DNA of 64,000 nucleotides, taken from assembly GCA_965649765.1 (NCBI GenBank), contig OZ287755.1, positions 36,332,001 to 36,396,000 of the forward strand, read 5' to 3'. This DNA comes from Bispira polyomma (lineage: Eukaryota). The notes under the pieces were generated by a model. The model had not been told where the DNA came from and did not search any database. It was given only the letters and a program-made list of their open reading frames with translations. A program made the position numbers and the translations under genes. This document shows positions 1 through 13,300 of this stretch, one piece after another (the stretch's first letter is position 1; each line of letters begins with the position of its first letter).

Positions 1-85
1 CATATAGAGCTCTACTTAGCTCAATTGCTACGCCAGATCAGGTGGAGTTGGGCAAAGTTCATTTTACCACCTCAAGGCAAAAAAG

Positions 86-171
86 GTGATTCTAATACAG
101 CCTCTGATGAGAACACCCATAGGAGTTTGAAATATATTAACCAATATTAATATATAAGGCAGTCAGATTAC
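86..171 (+). ncRNA. Type I hammerhead ribozyme motif (slightly degenerate)
   Basis: Core CUGAUGA 104-110. Stem II GAACACC/GGAGUUU 111-128 with loop CAUA. GAAA 129-132. Perfect 9-bp stem III 132-140/147-155. NUH=AUA with predicted cut after 156. Stem I ACAGCCU 97-103 / AGGCAGU 157-163, extendable 86-93/165-171. Confidence 0.75.
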
Positions 172-2784
172 TCTAGTCACCTGCACCAAGTTCAAACAAA
201 CTTTTATATAATATATTAATATGTCAAAACACAAGTTTTGACTCCCATAGTTACTCCTACTCTATGATAACCTTAATTACATGATTAAGGTGAGTGACCC
301 TAAACTTCATACAATTTAAAATGGTTATCTAAATCTTATAAGATGACCTTACCTTGAAGGTTAGGACTAACTTAAGTGAAACTAGTTTTAGTATGTAGAG
401 TATATATATATATAGTTTTGTATGGAATATTTCCCTATAGCTTAGTTTAACTTTTATGCATAAGCCAGGATTACTTTGGTTGATATAGATATGGTTTGTG
501 TACTGTACACAAATATTGACACCTTGTGAGCTTTGTTTACCTGACTAGTTGACCATCTACTTCACCCAGAAGATTACTTTCGTTTCTACAAAAGCACAAA
601 TTACTTGGATGTATATGGATGTGGTTTGTGTACTGGCTATAAACAAATCAAAAGCTTGGTTTGAAGTTTTACATGTTTTCTTATTTACTAATTAGGATTA
701 TTTCCAAAAAAACTGACACTCTGTGCAAAGCATCAAAGCAGTTTAATCGAGAAAGGGGTATTTACCTTAAAATGGCTGGTACAATTAATGCAAGACTTTG
801 TGAACAAACATACACCCCCTTAAAGCTCCATTTTGCAAGACAATGAGAAAAAATGCTGTGACAGATCATTTTTATTACTATACAGATTTAAAATTATATT
901 TCTCAATCCACATGAAGTAGTACATTAAAAAAAATCATTAATTTAAAAGTAGAACTACATATCAAACTTTCACATCCGGCAAGAGTTTACAGATCTCAAA
1001 TTCATCAACCCTGCATGAAAAATTACATACAAGGGTAATAACTGTCACTAATATTTTTATTACTCTTTCCACTTTTTACAATAACTAACAGTCTCCAAAG
1101 ATACAGATGCTTAACCTCTTAGGTCACATTAGTTGACCTTGAGGTCAGATGCTCATGAAGTTCTTTCAGTATGTTTCAGTTTCACATGTGTCAGTGTTAG
1201 GAAATGTCTGATGCTGTTTGGGATAATTTATTTTACAATTTCTAATTTTTACAACTGTACAAGAATTTTAAGCAATTCTTAAAATTCAAAATGCCACTTT
1301 GGCTACCATAAAATACATAAAAGTAGGTAAAACAGTAATAAAAGAACACCATGTAAAAAGAGGTGCTAAGAAAGAGGTAAACATTCCTCTATATAATAAG
1401 CTTACTATCACATTCTTAATCCTCTTGACTTAATAACGTCTCATCATTTACGCCAATCAACAATGCACAGATAGGCTAGCTGGAAGCTTGTTCATAATAC
1501 ATAATCATCATTAACCAAAACCTAGCCTTTTAATAAACGGCCAGAATCACTATAAAATTCTGCATATATCCTGCTTTTAAGGTGATTATTCCTTCGTTAA
1601 CTCAAGCGTATTGCTTTTGGTGTTTTTATTATATCTTGCTTTTAAGGTGATTATTCCTATTCTAACACGACAACATTATTTAACAAAATATACTTCCGTT
1701 TTGTTGACCTTATTTTCTTTAAAACAAAATATAACTTGGCTCTTCCATATTGCAAAATGGGTGTAACCAAACTTTACAAAATTGTATGTTGTGAAAAAAA
1801 AGTTATTAAATAAAAGAGGTTATAGGGGAAAAAGCTTTAATGCAACAAGGACTAGATTAGGACAACAAAATGATAATGTAATAGAAAATGTCAACAACAT
1901 GTACAACACTTTCAGTGTTTCAAAAATTTAATTTACTTATACTAACACATATGATTTTTTTTTTTAATCATATTATTATGGTATATTAAATACAGACACA
2001 ACCAAATGATAATGTAATAGAAAATTTCACCTTCGGAAAATATAAACAAACGGAAGCATGTTTTGGTTCTTCCATCAAATGTACACCAACACTGCATTCA
2101 AATCAGGATGTACCCTACATTTTAACCTTGCACTCAACCAATCAGAATTGTGGACACAGCCGTGTCATGTTACAATCCTCATTAACTCTTGGTGAATCAA
2201 GTAAATTAATCTACAGATTACTGATTAACTTCTAAACAGATTAGTAGTTAGTCTTGATATAATCGTCAATATTAAAACCACAAATAATGAGATTAACTTC
2301 CTATTTTACCTACCCGTTGGTATGCATGAGTGCATAATAATCCCAATTGGCGACTGCATAGCAAGCACACTCTACCAAAACAAGTAAACTAATCTACAGA
2401 TTACTGGTCAATTTTACCTGACCGTTGGTATGCATGAGCACATAATAGCCTCGTTTGGCGATTGTATACCAAGTGCACTATACCAGGTCATTATGACCCT
2501 GTAACCGAGCATTCTCCATGCAATTGTTAACCTAAAACGGGTACATCTAATTACATTTATATGTGAAACCTGTGATACTTATAAGTGGTAACTATATAAT
2601 TTTGGGTTAAAATTAAGCCCATTAATGGACGGCCACACCATAAACGATATTGAATATACCAGTTCTTGTCCTGAAAACACCTTATTTTTGTTATTAAAAT
2701 GCTCAAAGTCAAGTCTCACACAAGTTAAAACAAGAGGAGAGTGACCTTGCGGTCACAAATCTTGGAGACATGTATCTATTTATC

Positions 2785-3325
2785 AAGCTGTTTACCTAAA
2801 AGTAAACCAATATTATCTGTCAATGTATAAGTTACAACCAAAAAAATATCTGTCTACCTATAACCTAAAGTACAATTGTCAATATATAAGTTACAAAAAA
2901 GGAAATTATTTGACAACCTATTTCAATATTAAAAAAAAAATATTATCTGTCTACCTGTCAACTTGTCAACCTGTCTACCTAAAAGTAAAAAAAAAATAAT
3001 CAACTGTCTATCTGTCGACATATCAACATGTTACCTGACAGGTTGACAAGTTTAAAAAAAAATTTTTTAATTTTTTGATTGAAGGTAGTTTTTTATGGTT
3101 TAGGGTTAGGGTTTGGGGGAGTTAGCCCCTTAAGCCTAAAATAATTTCGACTTGACAGCTAATCATTCTTAAATAATTAAAAAATTAGTCCACCTGTCGA
3201 CCTTACTACCTGTCCAACTGAAAAAAATTAAATTTCTACCTGTCGGCCTGTCTACCTAAATTTTTTTTTGTTAACCTGTCGACCTGTCTACCTAGAAAAA
3301 AAAAATTTTTTTTGGTCAACCTGGG
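2785..3325. repeat. Degenerate ~10-bp CTGTCTACCT-type repeat array with a short GGTTAGGG tract; probable non-autonomous element interior
   Basis: Many ctgtctacct/ctgtcgacct/ctgtcaac variants at 2810-3050 and 3190-3320; tagggttagggtt at ~3101-3113. Confidence 0.45.
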
Positions 3326-3354
3326 GAAAAAACAAATACATGTATATATGATTA

Positions 3355-3893
3355 CCAGAGGTTTCGCTGTACGACGTTTTCGCTGCCATTTTGGTGGGTT
3401 CGCTATAAAATTCCTTGACTCCTTTCAACATTAATTTTCTCAGCTAACATATAACATATTTTTATTCCGTAAAAAGTTCCAGAAAGCATATTTATCTGGC
3501 TTTATGAATATATAATATGAAAATCGGCATCACCTATATTAATTGAGATATAAGCGTTTAATCAATGACTGTCACTCTAAAAACTTGTATTTTAAACAAT
3601 TTTAAGTATACAGTCCAACTTTAACTATAAATGCTTTAATTATTATTTATTAGAATATATATTGGAGACGCCTATTCGAGAGTACATAATAAGAGCTTTT
3701 TAATGATACTAAAACCAACATTTTATGTCAAGTATTAAGACAGATACAGCCATTAAATCAATTAAAATTTTCGGGGAAGCCGTCAAAAAATAATAACGCG
3801 GAACTTGTAATTAAAATATATATTCAGCGAACCCCCCCGACTTTGACAGCAAAATAACTATACCGCGAATCGGTAAAACAGGGAAACCTCTGG
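3355..3893. mobile_element. MITE-like non-autonomous DNA transposon
   Basis: 16-bp terminal inverted repeat CCAGAGGTTTC(G/C)CTGT at 3355-3370 and 3878-3893, subterminal ttcgct repeats, non-coding interior; no TSD recognised. Confidence 0.55.
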
Positions 3894-6269
3894 ACACCGT
3901 ATATATAATAGGATCTGTAAATCAATTTATTTAAATATCCCTACTCAGTACACGGAAATAGATGTATTTATACAACTGAGTGGAATACTAGACTTCTTCA
4001 GATATCCCAATATAGTTTCTAAAAGCAATACATTGCTATACGAAATTTAAAAGCAAGAACGTATCAATACAGTATTTTCACTATAAATCCTTTAATGTCG
4101 CCCATTTCTGGGTCGCGTTTTAGACGAAACCTCGCCTAGTGTGTTAAATAAAAGATATTATAGTGAGGGAGGAAGTTCTGAAAGCCGAGTACCTCCATAA
4201 AATGCCCCAAATATGATGATAATGTAGACAAAAATAGAAGGAGTTCGCAGACTTTGCTTCGACTCGTGTGTTCATAAAATGTATTCTAGCGAGATAGGAA
4301 GTTTTGAAAGCCGATTACCCAACCGAAATTCCCCAAAAGTGATGAGAGCATAAGCGATTTGCAAGCCGCTCATGTCAAATAAATTATTTGAAAAGTGATG
4401 ACATCAGCACAGAAATGCTACTACCGAGTATCTAAATACTTAAAAATAAATAAAAGACTGTAGTGTGGCACCGTCTAGCGGTCGAAACCGAAGTTAAACG
4501 GCGTGCATTCTCGCTAGCTGGAATCAAAATTAGAAGAAAAAGATTTTTCCGTCAATATGGGTGTATATATATATCGTATATATATCCCAAACCCTAGTCT
4601 TTGTCACATATATATATACCTATTGAAACCCACGAATCTGACTGGCCCCACGAAAAATGGACATACCAAAATATGCGGTAATTGGGAGGTCAAAGGTTAA
4701 ATCTTATTTTACAAACAAAATAAAAAAATAAATAGATATATTAAGGCTTCTGACTAGTCCTTAGTACCAACCACATGTAAATGCCAAAAACGGACTTAAA
4801 ATAATGGACGAAACTGGTAGAAAGTGCTGTCTACAGACCCAAAACATCTTCTCAATACATGATCTCGGATGGCTCCGCTCTCCGAGATAATAATATCTAA
4901 TTTTATTAATCGTACAATATTGTCTGGTGTCCCTCGTGGTAACTGTGTCTGTTGTGACAGGGAGGCGTACAAAAAGTACAGGGACAGAAAATACCAAGAT
5001 TTTAAAGCTTTTTTTTCACAAAATTTCATGAACGGTCAGTTTACAGGTGGATGTTACTTTATTATGTTTAACGTCGCTTTTCAACACGTTTTATGTCATT
5101 TATGACACGACGAAGGCCTAAAACACACCTAGCATTGTGATATGTCACACTACAAGACAAAATAAAGGGTTAAAAATAAAATATAAGGTCGAAACTCACA
5201 TTGCGTTACGATTATGGATGAGGACATTACAAATCTACACTGTCAGTGACGTTGCAAAAAAAGCTACATGAGGCATCTTTCTAATAACAGGGTAATGTAA
5301 ATCAATAACTCATGGTAAGCTCAGACATCAAACGCAGATTAAATGCTTTTACTTACTTTTCTAAAATTGCAAATACAAGTAAAGTATTGTGTCATTTGCA
5401 TCCATTATCACCCACACAGGGTCAATATGCATATTCAAAATTAAGAAAAAAAACATTTTCAACAAAGGAACGGCTGATACATACCGAAACTCTATAATTA
5501 TAGATAGAGGGCCTTTATTACAGAAAATATGGTATAGAGTAAGGAAATGTCAAATTCGCTATTGTATTTGAAATTCGCCACCCCTAAAATTTAAGCAAAA
5601 TCAATGAAAAACGGCCAACACAATACCTGGAATTTAGGTCAGAAGGGCAAAATTAGTCACAAAAATCTCCATTTCAGCAAATATTACCTAAAATTCCACC
5701 TAAAACACAACAGTTTCTGAGTGGCGAATTTCAGGTACAGTGGCGAATCTTTGATTACTTTAGTATTTTTGTTTTTCTTCATTCTTTGTGTGTACATGTC
5801 CTCTTTATCATGCAACAAACGCCCTTCAGATACACAAAGAATAAAAAAAACCCAGTACAACCCCCATTATATCAAACTTAGGCTGTCGAAGTATCCGATC
5901 TTATAAACTAAATTAAAAACAGGAACTTTGTATAATATCCAAACAAACTGTTGCTGCTCTCCCAACATATTTGAAAAATAGAGGACCCACTGTATTATTT
6001 TGTAATACTAGTTATTATATACCTTGACCATGGTGTGACTTCTGTGAGTGTCGAAGTTCACTGGTGATGTCATGCAAGTTCTCAACCTCCTTGTACCTTG
6101 TATATAGATTTTATGTTCTCATAATATTCATCGTCAGACAAGCACTACAAAGTTTTTATTTGTTTAGCGATAAGAGGTTATCATTGGAATCAATATACCT
6201 GATAACAACTTAGGTCGATTTAATGGTGAAATAAATCAATACTAATCCACTAAAACCCACAAAGCTACA

Positions 6270-6380
6270 GCAAGTACCTGGCAAATGTTCCCACATAAAG
6301 GATCAAACAGGTTTGAACCCACATTGTGAGAGACTAATGATCGTGTAGCAGGCGTTTCTAACCAATAAGCCATGAGGTCC
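6270..6380 (-). mobile_element. Old tRNA-SINE fragment (similar relics at ~9380-9495, ~18390-18610, ~22600-22690, ~32220-32510, ~51590-51740)
   Basis: Degenerate A/B-box pattern (TGGCTTATTGGTTAG...GGGTTCAAACC on the minus strand); no TSDs resolved. Confidence 0.4.
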
Positions 6381-8250
6381 ACATTGAGCCATAACGATAA
6401 CAAACCCCAGCATAGAATAAGATAAGGTTGAGCACTGTGGTTGTTTTGCTACAAGGACTGTGCGACTCATGGCTATATAAATTCAAAACTGATTTATTCT
6501 TTTAAAATTATTGCAGCATGTTGTATTCATTTAAGTGGTCCACCAACTAAAGATCTGTATAAATTGACGGTGACTCGTGTCTACTGATGTAGTTTATCAG
6601 TAGGATAACCAAAGACCAGTCACAGACCACTGTACATCAATTTCCACTGCTTGCAAGATCAATGCAGACCACAGCAGAATGAAAGTACTTTTACAACATT
6701 CATAGCATTCAGTACTGATAACATTTCCTCTTTTATTACAAAATCAGGGCATTCAATACTGACCAGGTTTTGCCTTGAATTAAAACATTAATAGTAATAA
6801 ATACTGAAGCAATTTCATCGTTTATTACAACATTCATAACATTCAATACTGCCTCTTTCACTATAACAATAACATTTGCAAATTTCCTATTTACAGAACA
6901 CCAATCATAGGAATGTCAGGACAGGTGTTTGAGACCTGGGCACCTTTTATTTCCTCCGTTCTGGAATCTCCCGGTGTGTTATTAAAGCCCCAGTCACACG
7001 GAGGTTAAAACCACTTTGCGACCCATGAACATAAGCAGTTCCTTTCGATCATTTTGGACAGTCTTGGTAGGCACACATATTATTTGATTTTTTAGGATGG
7101 GCAACCTTTCTTACGATGGTCTGCGTCACATTTCTGTTGCACAGATTATGAGAGATCTATACAGACTGGTTGTGTGATGCAGTATCAAAGACTGTTTGCA
7201 GATATTTGCACGATGGTCCCTACTGGTAGCACGTCTAGGGAAGACCTCTCCTGGGTCAGACTATAAATAGCTGGCCCAGTGCACTAAATGATCAGTATAT
7301 CAGATAGTTTAAAGATTTTATATTGGTTGGCGACATGTAGTAAGTCGGATCGGGATAGGTCAAGGATAAGTTAAAAAATATCTTTGTTGGTCACACCTTT
7401 TCTATTATTGTTTGATTAAGCGGCGACAGGTGGTGAGACTTGTCGTGGATTGTTTGTAGAACAGATTAAAGATATGTCACCACCCAGCTGGGACCATTGA
7501 AGCCTGGGTTTAAGGCTTTAGTAACGTAAATACATAAACGGTCGGGGGTAAATCTTGCTATTTTTACGATAGCCATTTCTAGTCTGTATAACAACTTTGA
7601 GGACTTTAAAAAGTATACTTTGGTAAGCATACATGGTGCATCATGTAAGGAACTATGCGGGGACACTAACGTGAGAGATCTTTAGGTAGACTAGGCTTCA
7701 GCTAGCGGTCATTGGCTTACACCTCACTGCTTTTTATCGTACATTTTAGTGTTCGTTTTACACAAATTTATATAAAACACTATTTTACATTAAATTCTTC
7801 GAGCTAAGGCCACTTTAACTTAATTAACTTAAACTCAACTTTAATTTTTCTTAAGTTCACAAGGCCTTCACAATATGGGGGGCAACACATGATTGTAGTC
7901 ACATTGGGGATGTTATGGACTGGGCACTGGTATAACAAAATGTAACAACACTTGGGGGCTTATGCTCAGTTGTGACTCCAGTTTCATCTATATTAAAAAA
8001 TATGATGGGGTTTTTCATGTGATTGGTACTTATCCGTCATTTCTTTCAACTCCCTGAATTATTTCTCAACAAAAGGTATGCTAAGAGCTGTAGCTCTAGC
8101 TTGACCAAGGGACTGTGGTTTTCTAACACTTAATTATGGATTTTTTTTGCAAGAAACTCTCTAGTCAGTTTTTAGTTAATGGTGTCAAGTTCCTACATTT
8201 ATTTACTTTTTCCCTCAAACCTAAATAGACAGCAGTGTCTACAACAATTT

Positions 8251-8535
8251 TCAAAACGTCCTGACGGAAATATCCACGAGATAGCCATAAGATAACATCA
8301 GCTTGATGTGTTCAGAAATAGCATTTTCTTGAGCTTGGTTGAACAGTGTGTCAGATCCAGATCTAAACTTAAAAGGCTCCACAAAACCACATGTACGATC
8401 CCTTAAGGTTTGCCTTGGAACACCAGTTACTTTTGCAGTCTTGTAAACTGACACTCTTCCTTGACACAGAGTGTATGCTTTATTAAGCTGGTCCTGTGAA
8501 TAATGTCTATTCTTTCCTCTCTGAAAGTTTAACAT
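8251..8535 (-). pseudogene. pogo/Tigger-like transposase N-terminal relic (HTH_psq/CENP-B-type DNA-binding domain)
   Basis: RHYSQDQLNKAY...SVYKTAKVTGVPRQTLRDR fits the pipsqueak HTH pattern and is followed by the start of a second HTH (LFNQAQENAISEHIKLMLSYGY); no DDE domain seen. Confidence 0.6.
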
Positions 8536-10393
8536 TCAGTAATATGTTTAAAAGTTTTTTACTGATAACTTTTTTTATATTTGGATTTTAGTATAGCTCA
8601 TTTACGGTATTACTATTCAGAATATGAAGGACACTTTGCAGACAAAAATTATGACAGCGATCAAAATATTTGTCAGAAAATTGTATGAAACTTTCATTAT
8701 TTACTTGAAGTAAACCTATTTAATTTTAGTACTCTCAATACAGAAACGTCTACAGCTATTGCTTTGTATTTTGTGTAAAATAAAGGAATAAATACCCTTT
8801 GTCTTGGTATTTTGTTGCAATGTTACAATTTATATCGAGAAATACGATGAACAAATGATGGTGGTTTGAATGAAGCTAGCTGAAAATAATAGGCCGAAAA
8901 TACGAGGTAGGACAAAAACGTGAGGACAGATCAGGAGGTAACCTCAACTTCATAACTTAAGGGTCAACCTTAACATAAGGTGACCTTAACTTTATGGTGG
9001 CCTTGGCTTAAAAGTTTGTAAATAATATAGAACTAATCTAGAAGATAAACTACTATTCCCAACTTCCATTTTGTTATTCTTGTGTTATCACCATCAAGGT
9101 CACTGTACGGCACTGAGGTTATATTTAATTTAACTCAAACCTTAAAGCAAAGCTAACAACGTCAATCGGATCTACTTGGCAGAATTGTTTACCATGCTTA
9201 CACACATAACACCTTCAATTTAAAGTAAACGTCTTCATTTTAAAGACAGTGCAGTAGCAAGCATACTTATAATATATGTGGTATTCCAGAAATCTCATCA
9301 TAGTAAATCTGTCGGGCATTTTACCTAAAAATCTGGCTGGTTCAAAGTTGTACTGTGAAAAAGTAAACTACTAACCTGCGGCATCTATCTGACAAATGTT
9401 CCTGTGTAAAGGAATCAACAGATTCAAACCCCGATTGGTGACAAGCAAACGATTGTGAAGCAGGCACTTCTAATCACTACACCATTGCACCCCAATGTAG
9501 TTGTCCAGATGATCATCTAAAATGGCTCAGTCGTCTGTCATTGGGGGTAATTACATTGGCAGGAATAAAACCATTTGGGATTAATAACACTTTCAGGCAG
9601 TTTAAATTAGTTCGATGTTTAAATATTATTGTTACAATCCAATACATTTCCAATATATATACAACCTGCACTTTCACATTTTCACAGCATGATCTGTACC
9701 CAAAGAGGGTGAAAGCTGTCAAAAAGATGGATTGATTATAAAACGAGAGTTTCTGGCATTTAATCTACACACAATCGAATTGTACTTTATTCAAATTTAT
9801 ACACATATTATTATTTACTTGATATTATCTAACTGGCCTTCACCTAGCTGAATGCCCCAAGGGATAAGACCCAATAATAGAAGACCACCACTTTCAATGG
9901 CCACCTAAGTCCCTATATATCTGACTATACTTGTTTGCCCCAGGCTGTGATCGAACTCAGGTCCTCTGTGTTCCATTAAGGGAATGTGTCATGTACAAGG
10001 CCACAGTGCTAGTACAATGTTAGCATATTTGGATAAGATAGTATTACGAGACAAATAGTAACGGTAAACCTTTATTGCATATGTTGATTTTGTAAGACCA
10101 TGTTCATGCTGACATCATACTTTACAATGTCATATATGACATCATTGAATGTTTGAGGATTAATTTACCATGAATGAAAATTGCCAGGTTCTAAACATAC
10201 GGTTCTTGCTTCAGACCTGGATCAAGGTATCAGTACTGTTGTAATATCTTTAGAGTTTATTGTCACTTTATTAAATTGGCAAAAACAACAGCTATTCTCA
10301 GGTCAAGTCAAAAGAAGAAAACAATGCATGTAACCATGCTGTGCTTCATCATACTTAAAGGTGGAATATCAAATCAACAGCATATTTGAAATA

Positions 10394-13300
10394 TTAAACA
10401 ACCATTTCAGAAAGAAGCACTCCAGTAAATGAGTTCTGTTCGGGTCCATACATGTGGCTGTCATCAAATACACATCTCACCCAGACAATGTCACCTGCAG
10501 CACACTCAATCACGGCCACACCAGCAATGCCCTGCTCATAATCTCCATCATTACTTGCACCTATAAATTTTAATGATACTAATAAGGTGAACGAGAAAGC
10601 AATGCATGTTAGCAAAATTATAACACATAGCTGTGCAAGTGTGATGTTTGTTTTCTTTTTATTGTTTTTTTTTACATTATAATTTTTACAACTGATCTAA
10701 TCATATTTATCCGTGTTGCAAAAAAATTACTTTGAGGGTTTTGTCATAATATTGAAATTTAACATCATAGACATCGAATATGCAGAAAGACTTTAGACAT
10801 TATACTTGTAGATTATATAAGAACATTAGACTAGATCACGATTACCAAGAACAAAAACACTTAATATAGACACAAAAATTCATCCCTAAAACAGTTTCCT
10901 TTGCTTTGCTTATTGCGCTGTATACACAATCCTTACTGGTAAATAAACTGAGTGCATGAGAATACTCCAAAGAACTATGAAAAGAGCCATTATTTATTGA
11001 TCCATACTGATATTTCATGCTGGTATGCTGCACCCGTCTATATATGAACACTACTGTCTAGGTTTCAAAATGGGATATAAAAAGTAGTGCTTACTGCGGT
11101 AGAATGGCGCATAACAAAACACAAAAGACTTTTTCAATGAAAGGAGTGACATTTAACTAAACACGCCTATACAAAATTACAAAGTATTCATGATATTTGT
11201 GAGTATTCATAATAATGCTAATATTTCTATGTTGAAATAAGCAAGTAATTTACCTTACTACATGGTTACTAATGCTTACTTATGGCATGTATGTTAGACA
11301 GTTGGTACAAAGCCTTGCCCAACTACCCTGCTCTAATGGATTCCATCAGTAAACTGCCCACAGATATGACAAAATATGTGTTAAAAACACACACATTTGT
11401 TAAAACCTCAAGTTATTAGCCAAACTTACCTCTTAGCAAATTGTCCTCATTTCTCACTAAGTCAACGACCATCCTGTCCAGAGCCTGGGAATACACTGTA
11501 CTACTGAATAGATAGACCCCACTCACTGGGCACGTGAAGAAACCTGTGTGTGTATGTGTGACCATTACAGATAAACATTGGTTGTTTGTATTTACTGTTT
11601 ACTGTTTCCTTTGGATCTAGCGTTGATCACTAGCAACACTTTCTAGGTTTTGGAGAAAACATAAAACCTACCTCTTCAAATTCACTTAGTTCCCTCGCTG
11701 TACACTGTGACATGGCTACATGCAACTATTTGGTTTATTAATTAAATTGTAATTAAAAATGGATATCCAATAAATTATACTAATTAAATATATTTTATTT
11801 GGAGTTGTATTTGTAAGTTGTATTGTTTGAGGCCTTGCTGAATTGACCAAATGTTAGGGTGAGATTGGTACAAATTTATGACATTATTTTTCAGGAAGTG
11901 GTCGATAACTTCTTTTGCGTATACAGTTTACAGCCATAAAAATGTGAGTGTCCATGGTACACTGGGGCAATAGCAGGAGTGTGACAGAGAGTGATGACAG
12001 CTTGTTTACAACTTATATTTTAATGAAGGAAATTGAAAGTTTTAATATCATTTGCATGAGTATAAGACCAATTTAAATGTAGCATGTGGATGCACCACAG
12101 CATTAGTGATGTCATAATATCTATATAAATCCCTGTTTGAACCCTGTTTCTCATACTTTTGCAAAGACACCCAGCTGATGAACAGACTGAAGCTTTTAGT
12201 AGATTTTTTGTTGTTCATATTTGGTATACAGATCATTATGATCTTGACATTGTATCAGTTTAAATCGGATGAAAAGATTAGGTCTAAAGGTTGACTGTTA
12301 AAATTTGGACTCAGAATTTTAGCTTCAACATGGACATCCAATTTAGACTTAAACATTTAACACTCAATGGTTTTGGGAGTTGTAATGTCAGAGCTGCTGT
12401 TCATATTTAATATTTATATCAGCCCAAATTCAGAAATATTTATAAACTAAGATGAAAACACAAGATGTTGATAGAAATGGCCAGTTTATTCAACTGTCAA
12501 AAATGTATATAGTAAACCAAGCATACAAGATCTTTACAATTTGATTACATCACACAAGTGACTTATATATGCATTATTTATTTACACAAATGTGGTGAAG
12601 AACATTTGATGAGTTTAAATATTGTATAAAAAATATATTTAAAGGTTGACTCTTAAGGGAGTTTGGACTTATATATGTTACACAACTTTATGTGTGAGTA
12701 TTTGTGGGCTTCAATGTCAGGGTTGTTTTATTGTTGAACTAGGATGTTCATAATTTGTTTACCAATAGATATAACCTTGACAATTTACATTTTTGTGTCA
12801 GAGCTGCTGTTCATATTTGATATTTATATTAGCCCAAATTCAGGAATATTTATAAACTATTTTGTGTCATTTAAAAGTCTATTAAGTATATTGTAAATAA
12901 ATATTAGGAACTTACAAAGAGCAAGAGAGTAAATTTTCTAGCTATATGTGGGGTCCTGTTGATTGAGTTTGACTACTGATTGAGTTTGACTACTAATTAT
13001 TAACTGGGTGTCATGAATATTTTTGATTGGATATTACACTAATTCCTAAATGTCTGTCATGAGCTTCAATATGGTGATCGGATATTACACTAATTGCTAA
13101 CTGCTAATTTTTGGTTGGATCGTACGTGTTCAGATCGTACCGTAACGGAGCCGGTTAGCAAGAGTCTTAACTGTGAATATCTCTTAGAAGTACTGATATT
13201 TTAAATAGAATATTGTGGTATTAAATACAGAATAACACACTGAATGGGCCAATGTGTTGATAACATATTGAAAAGCTATTTTTAAAGATTATTTTCAGTC

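Noticed and set aside
450-2480. Several short local duplications (~470/600, ~1570/1635, ~1868/2005, ~2200-2340/2380-2450)
   Set aside because: Ordinary slippage-type duplications without coding or structural signal.
3095-3120. Telomere or interstitial telomeric array
   Set aside because: Only about two TTAGGG units inside a repeat element.
4761-5105. Overlapping 77-78 aa ORFs
   Set aside because: No recognisable domain or splice pattern; probably a repeat fragment I cannot classify.
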